A DNA stretch of 63,020 bases, the filler included, from Octopus bimaculoides (Eukaryota): assembly GCF_001194135.2 (NCBI RefSeq). It is 6 parts of 6 records of this genome, joined end to end, with 100 filler letters (N's around TTAATTAATTAA, not from the genome) between each part and the next. Parts side by side here need not be neighbours in the genome. Positions count along the whole stretch, not along the records: positions 1 to 17,180 come from NC_068993.1; positions 17,281 to 27,403 come from NC_068999.1; positions 27,504 to 37,726 come from NC_068981.1; 3 more parts are not named here. One strand, written 5' to 3'. Each line of letters begins with the position of its first letter. Position 1 is the first letter of the stretch. The position numbers were made by a program, and so were the translations under genes. Of the stretch, positions 13,444-29,129 are shown piece after piece. The notes under the pieces are model-generated. The model was not told where the DNA came from, made no database searches, and saw only the letters and a list, made by a program, of their open reading frames with translations.

Positions 13444-13678
13444 GCAAGGCTCATATGCAGCCAATGCTTTTACAGGATATATACATGTTTCACTAATATG
13501 CTGAAATAATTGCATAAAAGTTGTAGAAACATCATGCAGTATTTACTGTGGGACACTGATGAGGTGAAGAGCATGATTGCATAATGGTTCTGCAACTGTT
13601 ACGTAATTATTTTGGAATTTTGACTAGATACGTATACGTCTTATAAAGCAACGAATACCATACCTGCTTTCTGCTTAC

Positions 13679-13717
<39 letters not shown>

Positions 13718-14328
13718 TGGTTATAAGTATACATATACATTCTTCTCCTGCACTCCTACATCTCTCCTTAAAAAAAATGCGGAGAATCCAGAAAAAGGAG
13801 TCCTTTCATTAGCAAATGTTCCTTCTAGCCCAGCCCCATTTTCTTTCCCTTAAGAGTTAAGGAATACGTGAGAGGGCATGAGGGGAGGGTGTGACAGTGG
13901 AGGAGTGGTAGTGGGGGGACGGGAGAGGAGGCGAGGCACAAGCAGAAGAAGCGGGGCCAGCTGAAGGTTATATATAATAAAGACTTGATGGATCATTGTT
14001 ATAATTTAATGACAATTATTACAGCTTCTAATGACAAATTAGGATTGCTCACACATCATATTGCGAACACACACACACACATGTCCATTCATACAAATCT
14101 CCTCCTCATCTTGTATACACACACATACACACAAAGCTCATCATCGTCAACGTATACGCACACTACTCTCATCATCACAATATTCATACACGCAAACACA
14201 CACTCACTCCTTGTTATGCACATTGCCATTATCACTAACATATACACCACTACAAACACATCCTATATACACACACACACTCCACACCATTATTAGTCAT
14301 ACTGTTATACACGCTCACATTTTATGAA

Positions 14329-14373
<45 letters not shown>

Positions 14374-14394
14374 AGTTACAAATTATATTCCTCT

Positions 14395-14842
14395 ATCTTT
14401 TTACATGTTTCAGTCATTCGACTTCAGCCATGCTGGAGCACTGCCTTAAAGGATTTCAGTCGAAGAAATCAACCCCAGGACTTCTTCTTTGTAAGCCTAG
14501 TACTTATTCTATTGGTCTCTTCTGCCAAACTGTTAAGTCATGGGGACGTAAACACACCAACAGCAGTTGTCGAGTAGTGGTGTGGGGACAAACACAGACA
14601 CAAAGACACACACACACGATAGGCTTCTTTCAGTTTCCGTCTACCAAATCCACTCACAAGGCTTTGGTCGGCACAAGGCTATAGTAGAAAACACTTGCCC
14701 AAAGTGCCATGCAGTGGGACTGAACCCAGAACCATGTGGTTGGGAAAGCAAACTTCTTATCACACCCCCATACCTGTGCCTAAATGCAGCCACGCCTGCA
14801 CCTCCACACAGCCATACCTGTGCCCTCACATAGCCACACCTA

Positions 14843-14845
<3 letters not shown>
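14395..14845 (-). mobile_element. Full-length SINE A with reiterated 5' end
   Basis: Complete tail, body and head; cacagccatacctgtgcc-like units repeated about four times at 14760-14845. Confidence 0.88.
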
Positions 14846-14889
<44 letters not shown>

Positions 14890-14891
<2 letters not shown>

Positions 14892-15085
14892 TCATCATCA
14901 TCATATAATGTCTGTTTTCCATGCTGGCATGGGTTGGATGATTTGACTGGAGATGGTTTGACAGGAACCACACCAGGCTCCACTGTCTGTTTTGGAATGG
15001 TTTCTACAGCCGGATGCCAATTCCTAATGACAACCACTTTACAGAATGTACTGGGTGCTTTTTACTTGACACCAGCACCTCAGGT
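14890..15085 (-). mobile_element. RTE-LINE-type 3' tail element ending in (GAT)n
   Basis: catcatcatc...ttttccatgctggcatgggttgg...ttctacagccggatgcc...caaccactttacag; related copies at 38023, 58590 and 58795. Confidence 0.7.
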
Positions 15086-15559
15086 GAGAGGGGAGAGTAG
15101 TACTGAGGTAGAGGTGTTCCAGCTACGACGAAGGGAAAGAAAGAAACACAAGTTAGGAGAAGAAAAATGGCCGATGGTCATGTGGGTGCCACGTGAGCAA
15201 AGGGGGGAGAGTGAAGGAGAGAGAGAGAGAGAGAGAGAGTGATAGACAGAGAACTGTGAAGGGGAGAGGAAAAAATTGGAGACAGGATAAGTGAGAAAAA
15301 TACAGGAGGGGGAGAAGGGGAGGTAGAAGAATAAGAGAAAGGAAGGGAGAAGAAAAAAAGCGAAAGAGTAATGGGACAGAATAATGGGAGAAGAGAAGAT
15401 AAAAGAATAAGAGAGAGAAAAATGAAAGAGTGAAGAGATAGAACAGAGTGAGCATGAGAATTATTAAGATAAAATTTACTTGGAAGAGGATGAGTGGCGT
15501 TCAGTCATATAATAATATATGCACGTGCATGCATGCGCGTGTGTATATGCATTACTGTC

Positions 15560-15795
15560 TCCTTGCCATGACTTTATGTGGCGTAGACAATGTCATCATT
15601 ATGCAAGCAGTGTCCTTGTTTCCAGTCTGCCATGGAAAACATGTCTGGTCACAGGGAAATACTACCTCACTTGGGGACAGGTGAGGGTTGGCAGCAGGAA
15701 GTGCATCCAGCAGTAGAAAAACTGTCTCAACAAATTGTTGGACCCATGCAAGCATAGAAGAGTAGACACCAAATGATGACGATGATGATGATGAT
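15560..15795 (+). mobile_element. Related retroposon with shared 3' tail and (GAT)n end
   Basis: gggttggcagcaggaagtgcatccagcagtagaaaa...gacccatgcaagcat...gatgatgatg. Confidence 0.65.
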
Positions 15796-16043
15796 GTATG
15801 ATGTCTACCCACAGGAAAACACATACAGGCAATTAAACACAGAGGGTTACAGGCACATTCACATACAGACAGTGAAGCACACACACACAAACACATACAA
15901 ATTACATCTACCCCAAGGAGGCAGAGAGCACACACACACACGCACTGTTCCTTCTCTTCACCCACCCCCTAACTTCCCAATTAATGATTGTTAACCAATA
16001 ATAGAAGATTGATTAATTATCCAAATAACGCATAACAAATATA

Positions 16044-16090
<47 letters not shown>

Positions 16091-16943
16091 NNNNNNNNNN
16101 NNNNNNNNNNNNNNNNNNNNNNNNNNNNNNNNNNNNNNNNNNNNNNNNNNNNNNNNNNNNNNNNNNNNNNNNNNNNNNNNNNNNNNNNNNNNNNNNNNNN
16201 NNNNNNNNNNNNNNNNNNNNNNNNNNNNNNNNNNNNNNNNNNNNNNNNNNNNNNNNNNNNNNNNNNNNNNNNNNNNNNNNNNNNNNNNNNNNNNNNNNNN
16301 NNNNNNNNNNNNNNNNNNNNNNNNNNNNNNNNNNNNNNNNNNNNNNNNNNNNNNNNNNNNNNNNNNNNNNNNNNNNNNNNNNNNNNNNNNNNNNNNNNNN
16401 NNNNNNNNNNNNNNNNNNNNNNNNNNNNNNNNNNNNNNNNNNNNNNNNNNNNNNNNNNATATATATATATATGTATGTATGTATATATATGATTAAAAAA
16501 AATATGCATAAGTTCAAAATTAAAACTGCAAAGAAAAGCACCACCAACAACAACAGCAACAACAAAACTAATAACAATGGAAAATACTAATTATAAAACA
16601 ACAATTACAACAACAAGAATGAAAAAAAAACAAAAACAAATATAAGGAAACAACAAAATTACAAATTATAATAATAATAATAATAATAATAGAAAAACAG
16701 TAACAATGACAAAAACACCAATTAGGAAAACAACAAGAATTGTAATTACAACAGTAACAATTATAAAAATTAAGAAAAAAAATAAACATCAAATAGTAAC
16801 ATAAGAAAAACAAAAAAAATATCATGGACTGTGAATATATTACGTATGTGTGTGTATATGTGGTTATATGCATTTATGAGTGTGTGACGATGTATGTACA
16901 TATGTGTGGGCGTGTGTATGTATGTGAGTATTGTGTGTGTCTG

Positions 16944-16978
<35 letters not shown>

Positions 16979-17364
16979 AGATGTATGTGAGGATATGTGA
17001 ATGTATATGTTTGTATGTATTGTGTGTAAGAGCATCTACACATGCATGCGTGTGTGTGTATGTGTGTGTGTGTGTGTGTGTGTTGAAATCTAACGTTAAT
17101 TAAACAATGAGACGAGATGAGTGGGTGTGGGAGACAGGCTGGGTGGGAGTAGCAGGGGGGGAGAATATTTGATATAAATGNNNNNNNNNNNNNNNNNNNN
17201 NNNNNNNNNNNNNNNNNNNNNNNNTTAATTAATTAANNNNNNNNNNNNNNNNNNNNNNNNNNNNNNNNNNNNNNNNNNNNTATAAATGTATCTCTGTGTG
17301 TATGTGTGTGTGTGTGGAGTATGTATTTCGAAAAACATATTTTCTGATAATCTTTCATCCTTTT

Positions 17365-17630
17365 CTTCTTTTAATTGTTTCAGTCATCTGACTGCAGCTA
17401 TGCTTGAGAAACGCCTTGAAGTGTTTTAGTTGAACGAACCGACTTTAGAACTTATTTTTTTAAAGTCTAGTCCTTTTTCAATCGTCATCAATGGCGGTTG
17501 TTAAGCGGTGATGGAGAACAAACACAGACACAAAGACACACACTTAGACACACACGTTTCAATTTCCGTCTATCAAATCTACTCACATCCACGTGGTTGG
17601 GAAGTAAGCTTCTTAGCACACTGCCTCGCC
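17365..17630 (-). mobile_element. Decayed, internally deleted SINE A
   Basis: gtttcagtcatctgactgcagctatgc...ggttgttaagcggtg...ttccgtctatcaaatctactcac...gtggttgggaagtaagcttctt. Confidence 0.7.
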
Positions 17631-18572
17631 TACGACATTCTATAACGCAAATTATCATATATTTTCATATATTGGTAAGTATATCATATTCGTAAATTTA
17701 GTCTTTATCATATTTGAGTGCGTAAATACATACATACACATATACTTACACATATAATGAAACACATATGTACATACGTGCACGAAATTACGCATGTTTG
17801 AGTGTATGTGTGTGGGTGATTAGATAGCGCTTAAAAGTCTAGAACGATAAAATTCCAGGATCTACAGAACGCAAGTAGCATCATTATCTATCCCTCGGGA
17901 TTCAAAATCGCCCTTAACCTATTTGAAGTTTATAAATTTAGCAATCGTTTCAAAGACGGGTGTCAATTAAACCGAATATATTTGTAACGCAAATACTTTT
18001 GCCCTTTTGCTTAATTTAAAAGTATTGTGTACGAATCGATATTGCAACCCGAACTACAAAGATATTTTCGATATAAATAGAATGTAAATAATATTTGTAT
18101 TGAATTGTGGAGACTTGATTTTGAAAGTACACTTCACAAATGTACATCTAACAACACACACATATATTTATGTTCCATATATNNNNNNNNNNNNNNNNNN
18201 NNNNNNNNNNNNNNNNNNNNNNNNNNNNNNNNNNNNNNNNNNNNNNNNNNNNNNNNNNNNNNNNNNNNNNNNNNNNNNNNNNNNNNNNNNNNNNNNNNNN
18301 NNNNNNNNNNNNNNNNNNNNNNNNNNNNNNNNNNNNNNNNNNNNNNNNNNNNNNNNNNNNNNNNNNNNNNNNNNNNNNNNNNNNNNNNNNNNNNNNNNNN
18401 NNNNNNNNNNNNNNNNNNNNNNNNNNNNNNNNNNNNNNNNNNNNNNNNNNNNNNNNNNNNNNNNNNNNNNNNNNNNNNNNNNNNNNNNNNNNNNNNNNNN
18501 NNNNNNNNNNNNNNNNNNNNNNNNNNNNNNNNNNNNNNNNNNNNNNNNNNNNNNNNNNNNNNNNNNNNNNNN

Positions 18573-18618
<46 letters not shown>

Positions 18619-21600
18619 GTATATACGTATATATGCTTAATATATATGTATACACAGAAACGCATATTATTCACTGAATTAATAATTTGACCGTTTTGTC
18701 AATTTATTTGATTATCCCCCCTTCCTCTCACATTTTATACTTAGTACACTTAGGACAATGAAAGTAATACAATGTATCTGCAGGCAAAAAATGATGTGTA
18801 TTAAAAGTTCCGTATAATGACATTAACTTTAACAGTTATGAAAATTAATACCCTGAAGTGAATTTTTCATTGTTAGACTCTCGTGAAGTCTACATATCAT
18901 GTTTTCATCGGAGAACCTATCCCCAAACTAATCTGTAGTGCAGTTACTATAACAGAATTAGTTCAAGAAGGAGAAAAGAGAATACAAGCCACATAACGAA
19001 CGTAAATCATTATGGTTATAGGATACTGTGAATGTCTAGAATTTGTGGTGGAACTTGAGCTGGTACATATTCTCAAACAGATATTCTGAAATTCAAAGTG
19101 ACAGCCTATCTTTCATGATGGTATTCTAAGAATTATAGGAAACAAGTAAAAATGAAAAATAAAAAATAGAGTACTCTTATAAAAAAATGAAACAAAAACA
19201 ATCAGCATGGCTGATACCATTAAAGGACGAATGACATAGTACGGTACATATTTACGAAGATAAGTTGGTAAAAAGAATGCATTTGTATGGATATGAGCCA
19301 TTTCTGGAAAGTCATTTATCTTTTATTTGCATGTAAGTGAAAAACGAAGAAAAATAAATAAATATAAATAAATAATATATAAATATATATCTATCTTCTT
19401 TAGCACCAATGTTTAATGCTTACACGTATCTCTGTCTAGGATTGATGTCTCAAGTCACGTCTTATTTTCGATTTATTTACCAAAACCATAAAATAAAAAC
19501 CATTCTGAAATATTTTATGTATATCTGTGAAGCTACTATCTTCTCGGTAGGGATTTCTTATCGTGTATAATGTATCGGGGCGTGATAATGTGTAAAACGC
19601 CTGCAACTAAATGTTCGCTCAGCCAGAAATTTCTGTTCTATTGAAATAAACAAAAGAGTGAAGGAAAGGGAAAGAAAAACAATGTGTGGTGGAAAGCCAA
19701 GAGAGAGAGAGAGAGAGAAAAAAGAGAGAGAGAGAGAGAGAGAGAAACACAGATACTGACACAGAGAGAAAGAGAGAGAAAAAGAAACTGAGACAGATAA
19801 AAAGAAAAAGCTAAGCAAAGACAAACTAACACCCCACCAACAAAAAAAAAGAAGAAAAAAAAGTAAAGAAAAGAAAAGAAAGATGTTCATACATAGAATT
19901 ACTATTCTGAAATGCAAAAATAAAATATATGCTTTGAAAGTGTAATTCTTCTTGTTTTGCATCAGCATTTCTGAGATCTTAATTTCAGTAATACGTATGA
20001 AAACATCATCCTTTTATGACATAGCTTTTATTCAAAACATTCTTTATAACATTTTTTTTTATTATATAACATTTCTTTCTAAATTTTTCCTTGTTCACCA
20101 CATTTTGCCTTTTATGTCAATTCTCTTTATTATAGTAGAGATAAACTATATTACTGTTGCATGTGAAAATTGTGCAAAGTATATTAGATATTTTATCTCT
20201 CCGTACCGACCATATAACAAAAAACAATACAAAAATAATCAAAATGCATACTTAATTCAAAGTTTCACACATATACGGGTGACGTATCACACTAAGAATT
20301 GCAACAAGATGGAATTTTGTCTTAAAACATCAAAGGACATTAACTCTTGTGTTGTCTGAAATTATCGAATTAGTATAAATAATGCAAATTATCTTTCACT
20401 TTCTATTTTTTATATCAGTATATGCAAGATGTACATGAAAACAAAACTTAGATATGTAGAATATTGTAAATCTAGTATTATTTTTGCGAAGAGATATAAA
20501 AGAAATAGTCTCAGGTAGACGAATTGATTGTGTAAATTACATACCACACAACATTTTTACATTTCGTATCACTCCTAATGTATTGTGTCCTTTTGTAACA
20601 TTACTATTAACAGTAAGTGGATCTATAACAGCATCTTTTTTGTTTCCCTATGCAGTTATTATACTCCTTCTTATGCCATGCCATAGAAAGTGAGTGACAA
20701 TGTAAAGCAAGAAGTCTTGCCACTTATTCAGTATATGAATCGGTATTTTGGCGAATATCCCTCAGTACTGCATCGACCATAGATGTAGTGTAAATTTCAT
20801 TCATCTTAAGTTTTGACGTGGCTTAATCAGAAACATCGGCCTTGAAGATTCGTGAATTCACAGCACGTGCCATATGCTAAAGAGACGAAGTTGGGCTACA
20901 TGGTGAAATTTGGAGCTTTGAGTCTAATGGTGATATTTCTAAGAAATTTCATATTTCAGCTAATACAATCTAATAAAATACATTTTAACTTAGTTGTAAT
21001 TAGCATCTCTGTAGAAAATTATGTATACGGTGAGCGAAAACATGACTGATGTTTCTCTGGGGTCATTTGCTTCTATAAATCCTAGTGATTTCCACAGAAA
21101 TTAACGTGGGGCACTAGAACTATTATATGTTAGATTGAACAGAATAAGAACAAATGGTTAATAAACACTATGCAGAATCAACATTTTCTCTTTCAAACGT
21201 GGAGAGAAGGCGTTTGTAAAACACCATGTGGTAAAAGTAGGCGCTATGAATTTAAGTGTACAGGAACTCTGTTATGGAAAAATAAATATCTTTCTTTTAA
21301 TATTTCATGAAGTACACATTTTATAAAAGCAAATAGTTATTATTTAATGATCTATAAGGGTGCAAAGTTTATAAATATAAACTACTGTGTTTTTTAATAA
21401 ATCATTAGATGCACCTTATAAAAATGGATACTTATATTTTTAATAATTCATGAGATGTACGCAGAACAGTGAGATTCCGCCACCACCATAAAAAAAAAAA
21501 AAGGAATAACGCATCTATTAATTTTTCATACTGTGAAAATACACAAGAAGGTCGAAAACCGTGGTGTGATAAATTACTCTTACATTAATGAACCGAGTGT

Positions 21601-23977
21601 GCTATGAGTATACATCGTCTTAAAGAAAGCGCTGTCCTATTATGACAAAATGCAAAAGCAACCAGCTTATTCACGTTCAGATCTTTCGGAGCATATTGTG
21701 AATGTTGTCTGTATTCTCGGTGTAGTACATGTACGTCATGGATTTCTTTCAGAATGATAAACATCAGGAGACATCAGGAAATAATTTTTGGCTGACGTCT
21801 ATAATCAAGAGCTAGTAATCTTTTAGAGTCATTGCAGTATCTCAAACTCATTTTCCATCAATGAATCAAATGTGTTGTGAACATATCGTCTGATGTGAGG
21901 AGACTTTCTCCGATGACAAAACGCGGTGATCAGGATGCTTGTGTAACAATCTTCCTGAACATACTGAGAGTAAATAAATACTAGGGATTTTCTTCTGAAC
22001 ATTCTAATGACAAATATGTGACTACTTTATTTCATTTCAGATATAAGACGTAAAAAACAATTCGAATGTAGTTGATTGTTTATCAAATAGCATATGCTCA
22101 ATGCTTTAAGAGTGGCTTTGGTATAAACGGAACCAACGCTTTATTGAATGATAGGATTGTGTTTTCACTACTATGAAAGTATATAGCTTAGGAAATGTTC
22201 CTTGTAAACTCATAACTTTTTGATGGAAAAAGAATAACGGAATTTAAAACTTGTGGTCTAAATATGTAAAACTGTTCGTTATAGTATTTGTATTGTTCAG
22301 AACTAAATGAAAATGCATGTGATCCGTTAGGAAAGTACCAAAAGACCAAAAAGAAAATTAAGTTTAAATAGTTCCAAGCCTACAGCTGTTGTCGTCGTTG
22401 GGAATTTTGTTGTTTACTACTGTCCAGCATTTTTATGGAATAGCAACAATAAAAAAAAACTCCAATCATATCTAAAATATTATATTTGAGTATTCAGAAC
22501 TACACTACCCCATTGCTCCCTTTTTTTTTCTGATATGGCAGAGCGACAATTAAAGGACATTTGCGTGTCATTTCGTAATTAACCAGCGGCCGGGTTGTGA
22601 ATTCTTCACTTGACCATCAAAACTACTATTTGAAGTGGTATGCTCATGCTCACTAATTTTTAAACTCCTCGCTGGAAAGGCACCCCATCTGCAACTTAGA
22701 ACGATCGTCTATACACTCGACATTAAACGTTTACACAATGCGCAGCTTGACTGCCTATGACTCAACCATATGTAGAGCTATCAATTCTAATTCACATTAT
22801 GTGTATGTGTGTGTGTGTGTATGTCTGTGCGTGCGCGTGTATAAGACGCATATATTGTGGACAGTATAGTAAAGTTTTGCAATATGGAGTGGTTGTGTGC
22901 ATTGAAGTGTCTCGGCAATTGTCTTAAATTTGAAATATCGTCTGGCTCTTAAAAACAACTCTACCATTCGAGGCACATATATAAGACGGCTAATTTGGTG
23001 GTTGCTATGTAAACGGTCAAAATTTATAATGTGTAGCATTTATAGAATGTTTGGAGGTTTTCATCGATTTATTAATCAAGAGAAGAAAAATCAGTATCGC
23101 TCTGCATGTGAAGTATTGATATATATAGTGATAGTGTTGGACTTGCTGACTGAATCGATGTTCGATATAGCAGTTTGAATTTAAAGTAGAAAATTGGTAA
23201 AGTTGTTAAAGCTTAGCACAGAATATCTAGAGTTATGTTATTGTAGTATTAGTTTAAATTCCACCAGCTTCTCTCTTAGGCCAAATTTGCCTTTCGTCCC
23301 TTCAGAATCTATAAATAAATTCTGAGTTCTATTTTGAGATTGATTTCTTGTTTGTTTCATTGTTTCTTACTCTCCTTCGCTTTCACTCTCAGAATCAGAT
23401 ACAGAAAAAAGACCAAGAAAGGACTACTCAGCAGTTACACCCTTAGATTTATCATCAATAAAAAGGCGCAAGAAATGTTTATTACTTCTTATCACGTGTA
23501 CTATATGAGAGGACCCGATTGCAACCTGGTATATATATATGCACATGTTAAAAATAATATTGCATCCTTTTTTCGCATAAAACAGCGAAAATTGTGATCA
23601 GCTACTACCAGATTTTGGTATTTTTTTTGTGCTTCTGTCAAGTCTTCCCATTATATTTCTTTTAGGATATATCTTGGTTTTTTAATTTTCTTTCAAATTC
23701 TCAGTTTGCATCCGAGTATTTTACTACGGTAGCTCGTATCAGTTGAAATTTATTAGCTTTGTGACCAAACGCATAAAACATTGACTAACATGTGTTATAT
23801 ATACAATGAATACTATATCACATACGTACACACATGTGTACGTATGTGCCTTTGTATTTATATAAGTGTATCTGTTATATGCAATAGCAACATTGTTAAA
23901 TTCATATAGCCATCTATGTATCACATATTCGTCTGAGATGTTGTGAGTTTAAATCTCTCTCTCTCTCACTCTCTCTG

Positions 23978-24062
<85 letters not shown>

Positions 24063-24788
24063 GCACAAATACATACATATATATACACACATGCAATCGC
24101 ACTCGCACATATACACATAAAACGCACATACATGCGCAAGCACATGATATAACTCACACACAGATATATACAAGAAGAACTAAGCTTATCTGTTCAAAAC
24201 GCATGATGAAAGAAAATTGAGGAACCAAAGTAATATACCGCAGTATAGAAAACAAAGGGCAGCGAAGGAGTGTCATCTGTCTTCAGTATAGCTTATATAC
24301 AACAAAATATGGTTGTATTTGCTTAAAACAATATTATATAAACGCATGACTTCTATATTTGTTTTTTTGTTCTTCATTTTTCAGCGATATTAGAAATGTA
24401 AACGAACATGAACACAGACAACAATTTTCACTTCGATTATTTTTCCTTTCAATATAAGCCGTCTTGAATTTGACTACTTCAATCTTTACAATAAAACAAA
24501 CAAATAAACTAAGAACAATAATAACACTAACAACAAACATTGTCGAAATGGCGCCTATTATATTGAATGCTTTCCATGTTGGTAACACTCATCTATTGTT
24601 TGCATTCGTTAAATTATTTAACTCCCTTTATTTCTTAAATGAAATATATTAGTATTCATTTTTTCATTTAAAAACATTCGAATTTACATAATTATACACC
24701 GAAATGCATAAAACCACATATATATATGCTCACTCACGCACATACACACTCAAATATACATGCATATGTATGTGTGTTTGACTGTGAA

Positions 24789-24839
<51 letters not shown>

Positions 24840-27365
24840 ATATACATACATATGCATATATACATATATATATATTTGTGTGGGTGTAGGTATAATAATG
24901 TGTGTTTATTATAGCCATATTTACATAGATATGAATGTTCGAGATGTAGTTATAAGCGTAACCATACACGCTTAATGCAATACGAGCTCGAACACTTCAA
25001 TGTTACGCTCTTTATACAAAGAATAGTATAAAATTGCGCATACTTTTATATATATTTCTTTTGAAATTCAATATACGTTCCACTTTCGTAACATTCGAAA
25101 GAGAAATTATTTCAGTTCTTTAATAAAATTTAAGACAAACGCGAATGAAATATTGCAGCTTGGCATTTTTCAGCAATTACTGCTTTAATGTGAAACATCA
25201 TAGAGTTAGCTTATTGAAAATAGAAACATATTTAGAATAATATGATCAGAAACTAGCAAAACAAAAGAAAATACAAGGACGCATTATTTAGACAACTTTA
25301 AACTCTCTCTCACTCCCTCCCTCCCTCTCACTGCTTATATATATATATATATATATATNNNNNNNNNNNNNNNNNNNNNNNNNNNNNNNNNNNNNNNNNN
25401 NNNNNNNNNNNNNNNNNNNNNNNNNNNNNNNNNNNNNNNNNNNNNNNNNNNNNNNNNNNNNNNNNNNNNNNNNNNNNNNNNNNNNNNNNNNNNNNNNNNN
25501 NNNNNNNNNNNNNNNNNNNNNNNNNNNNNNNNNNNNNNNNNNNNNNNNNNNNNNNNNNNNNNNNNNNNNNNNNNNNNNNNNNNNNNNNNNNNNNNNNNNT
25601 ATATACATATATATATATATATGAGTGTGTGTGTGTGTGTACATTTATCTATATATATGTACACACACACACACATGCGCACACATATACTTAAACATTT
25701 ATTTACGTGTACATATATATATTTATATATATATTATGTCAGGTCGCTCTTCAGCGCTAGTGGTAACATGTAATCCAGTACAACCTGTAGCATGGTCGTG
25801 TTGTGGGTGACTAAACTGACGACTCTACCTAGCTTGTTTGGTGAGGAGAGTGATTGCTGAACACCCAGTCGGACGAAGGACGAAAGATAAAAACCGTAAA
25901 ATGGCAGTCAACAGCTATCCAATAATGTGTACATATATATGTATATTCCTTATATATTTTAATTTTCTTTGTTTTCAAATTATATATATTTGTGGTCGAC
26001 GTTGGATTGTCTATGATGTTTCCGTAAGGACAAAAATAGACATATCAGGTGTCCTAACAACTCTTTTACATGCAGCAGAGATTTGTACAAGTTACGGTAG
26101 GCACATCAGTCCGCCGATCAACTTTCGTATGAGATGTGTTTGGAAAATGTACAAGTTTGAGTGGTATGAGTGAGTGAAGAATAGCACTATATTGGAAGAG
26201 AATCTTTCTTGATCATATCACGGATGCTGTGGTATGAACAAATCCTTCGCATGAATTGTAATTGAAGAGCAAACAAGATTGTTTATGGTCAGCTTGTAAA
26301 TTCACGATGCAATGAAAGCCGCATACGTCTACGGTATAAGGCCAAATTAAAAGATTAATTGAAATGTATGAATATTGGGAAACAAATCTTAGAATCTTGC
26401 GAGGAATGGCGCAGACTGAAAGCAATAGTGATTTTCAAGCTTTAACATTTCCAGACTTAAACGGTACTTCAGCAAAAGCATTGCGGGAAAAAAAAGATTA
26501 TTTTCCTACGGAAGGACAATCTTCCCACAATCAACCATTGTCCTCATTGGGATTTCTCACCTACGTCACCAGCTGGTTTAATATGTCATGTACATATCCA
26601 TAATGTTTTCGGTAACCTAAGGCGTTACCAGGTGTAGTGAATAAAATGTAAACATCGGTGAAAACAGTAATAATAATGTGAATGTGTTCTTGATTGTACC
26701 TCTGGATGTATTGTGTCTATCTTCTCACTCAACACTATATATCTATCTATCTATCTATATGTATATATCTATATCTATATATATATATATATATCCATAC
26801 ATACACACACACACACGCATATATCTACATACATATATATCTATATATGCAAGTATACACACATACATATATGGCTACATGTATCTATCATTCTCCATCT
26901 CTCTCTTTCTCTCTCTATACATACATGCACACATTTACACAGACACAAACACGCACAGGAACACACACACATACACACACACACACTCACATATGAATAC
27001 ATAAATTGATTTTATTTATTTCCTTTGGATAAAAGCCATACATTCTCATTGCCATTATTCTAAAGATTTGAATTCCCCCAAAAGACTGGTATTTTATTTT
27101 ATATACCTTGTAGAGATGTAAAAGTAAATCGAGCCCGAGGGTATTTAATCTTGGAACAAAACAGAACACTATGATCGCGGAGCAGTAGCTTTTATACTGC
27201 TTAACCACATAACTATTGAAACCTGATATATTTTTAACAGACAGTTCTCAAAATGAAATTAAACGAAATATTTACAATATAAGACGTACGTATAATGACT
27301 TACACACACACACACACATACACACACACAGACACACAGACACACACACTGACGTACCTGTAAAG

Positions 27366-27403
<38 letters not shown>

Positions 27404-27600
27404 NNNNNNNNNNNNNNNNNNNNNNNNNNNNNNNNNNNNNNNNNNNNTTAATTAATTAANNNNNNNNNNNNNNNNNNNNNNNNNNNNNNNNNNNNNNNNN
27501 NNNTATATATATACACATATATATATACGTATATATATATTTGTATATATATGTATATATATATATATTTGTATATATATATGTATATATACACACACAC

Positions 27601-27632
<32 letters not shown>

Positions 27633-28160
27633 GTATATGCATATATGTATATGTACGAAGCAATGAATATTTAATAATACAAAATAAAAAAAAATCGAGA
27701 GTATCATGGAAAAGTATGCAAAACGTGAAGAAGCACAGCGTCGTATGTTCGCTGTCAGAACCTAAAGAGTTGAAGGCAAAACCAGTTTTGCAGGAATAGG
27801 GCAGGATATCTGTGTGATTAAAGCTATAGCAATATATTGAGAATTCATTTCAATGTCAATTTTCCCTAAAGTATCCTTGTAGTATCGTCAATAAAGAAAT
27901 GGTGAAATCCACATTCCATTTTGTCATCTTTCTTAACGTTACCATTAGGATTGGATTTCGTTATAATATTTGGTGAGATGGACAAGAAAAAAAAAATGGA
28001 ACAAAACAAGAACGACAAAAAAACCCCACAGTAACCCCCACCAAAAAAAAAACAGCGAATCAAAATAAAATAAAAATCTTCAATAAAATTGAGATACATA
28101 AAGTGGAAATGCATATGCATGTGTGTGTGCGTATACATTTACACATATATACATCTACCC

Positions 28161-28214
<54 letters not shown>

Positions 28215-28843
28215 AAGTATGTATGTATGTATGTATATACACACACACATTTGTCCATTTTATAGATATTCTACAAGATCCTACCTCAAACTTTTACTTT
28301 ATCAGTCGAATAATATATTTTGCCAATTAGATCTTTGTTGCCAACAAGGTTTGAAATTTTGTACAGTAAGTTATTGCCGTCTCCACCGTTACTTGAATGA
28401 CACTTAACTTTAGTAACTTCAGAAGAATGAGGGCAAAGTTGTCCTCGGTAGGAGTTAAACTCAGGGAAATAACATCGATAGATTTTTGTAAACCGCTTTA
28501 ACGATGCTGAAATTCTAACACATGACATAAAGTGATGAATAGATTGCCTCGCATTATTTGTTTCGATTCTCTGTACGCGAAGTTCCAGTCTTATTGAGGA
28601 CACCTTCATCTTTCATGTTTTCGGGGTCGGTAGGAAAGTACTAACCCATGGCTGTGGATGATTTGAGCTATCTATTCCAGCATTCGTGTCCGGACGACAG
28701 TCCCACAATGGGAATGGGATTAAAGCTGTATCGGACCATATCGTTTGTTTCTCACCGCACTATTGAGATAAGAGACTTGCATGAATGTGCAACTGTCGCC
28801 TTCTAAAATCATGCCAAGGCCTGCACACACACACACACACAGA

Positions 28844-28876
<33 letters not shown>

Positions 28877-29129
28877 ACACACACACACACATGCAGTGGA
28901 ATACTTAGCCTAGACGGACGAAGACAACTAACATAAAATATGTAGTGGAAAAACGTTATTAACTTTGACGTTTCTGGCCTCAAACAACTTAAATACCCTT
29001 TTTCTAATTTGATATTTTATACTTGTATGTATTTTAACTCATTCATTATATCATATTTTATTCCTTCATCCAAATAACTTTTCCCACGTAGTTTCACTAT
29101 ATAGTTGTTCTGTCTTCCCGAGGAAGCTT

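Noticed and set aside
23391-23530. Strong plus-strand acceptor followed by a frame containing PLDLS (CtBP-type motif)
   Set aside because: That frame ends in a stop with no convincing donor, and no partner exons were found.
24334-24588. Minus ORF resembling a transmembrane helix followed by a basic, Cys-rich tail
   Set aside because: The hydrophobicity is explained by T/GTT-rich composition, and there is no good acceptor site. The same applies to 19113-19301.
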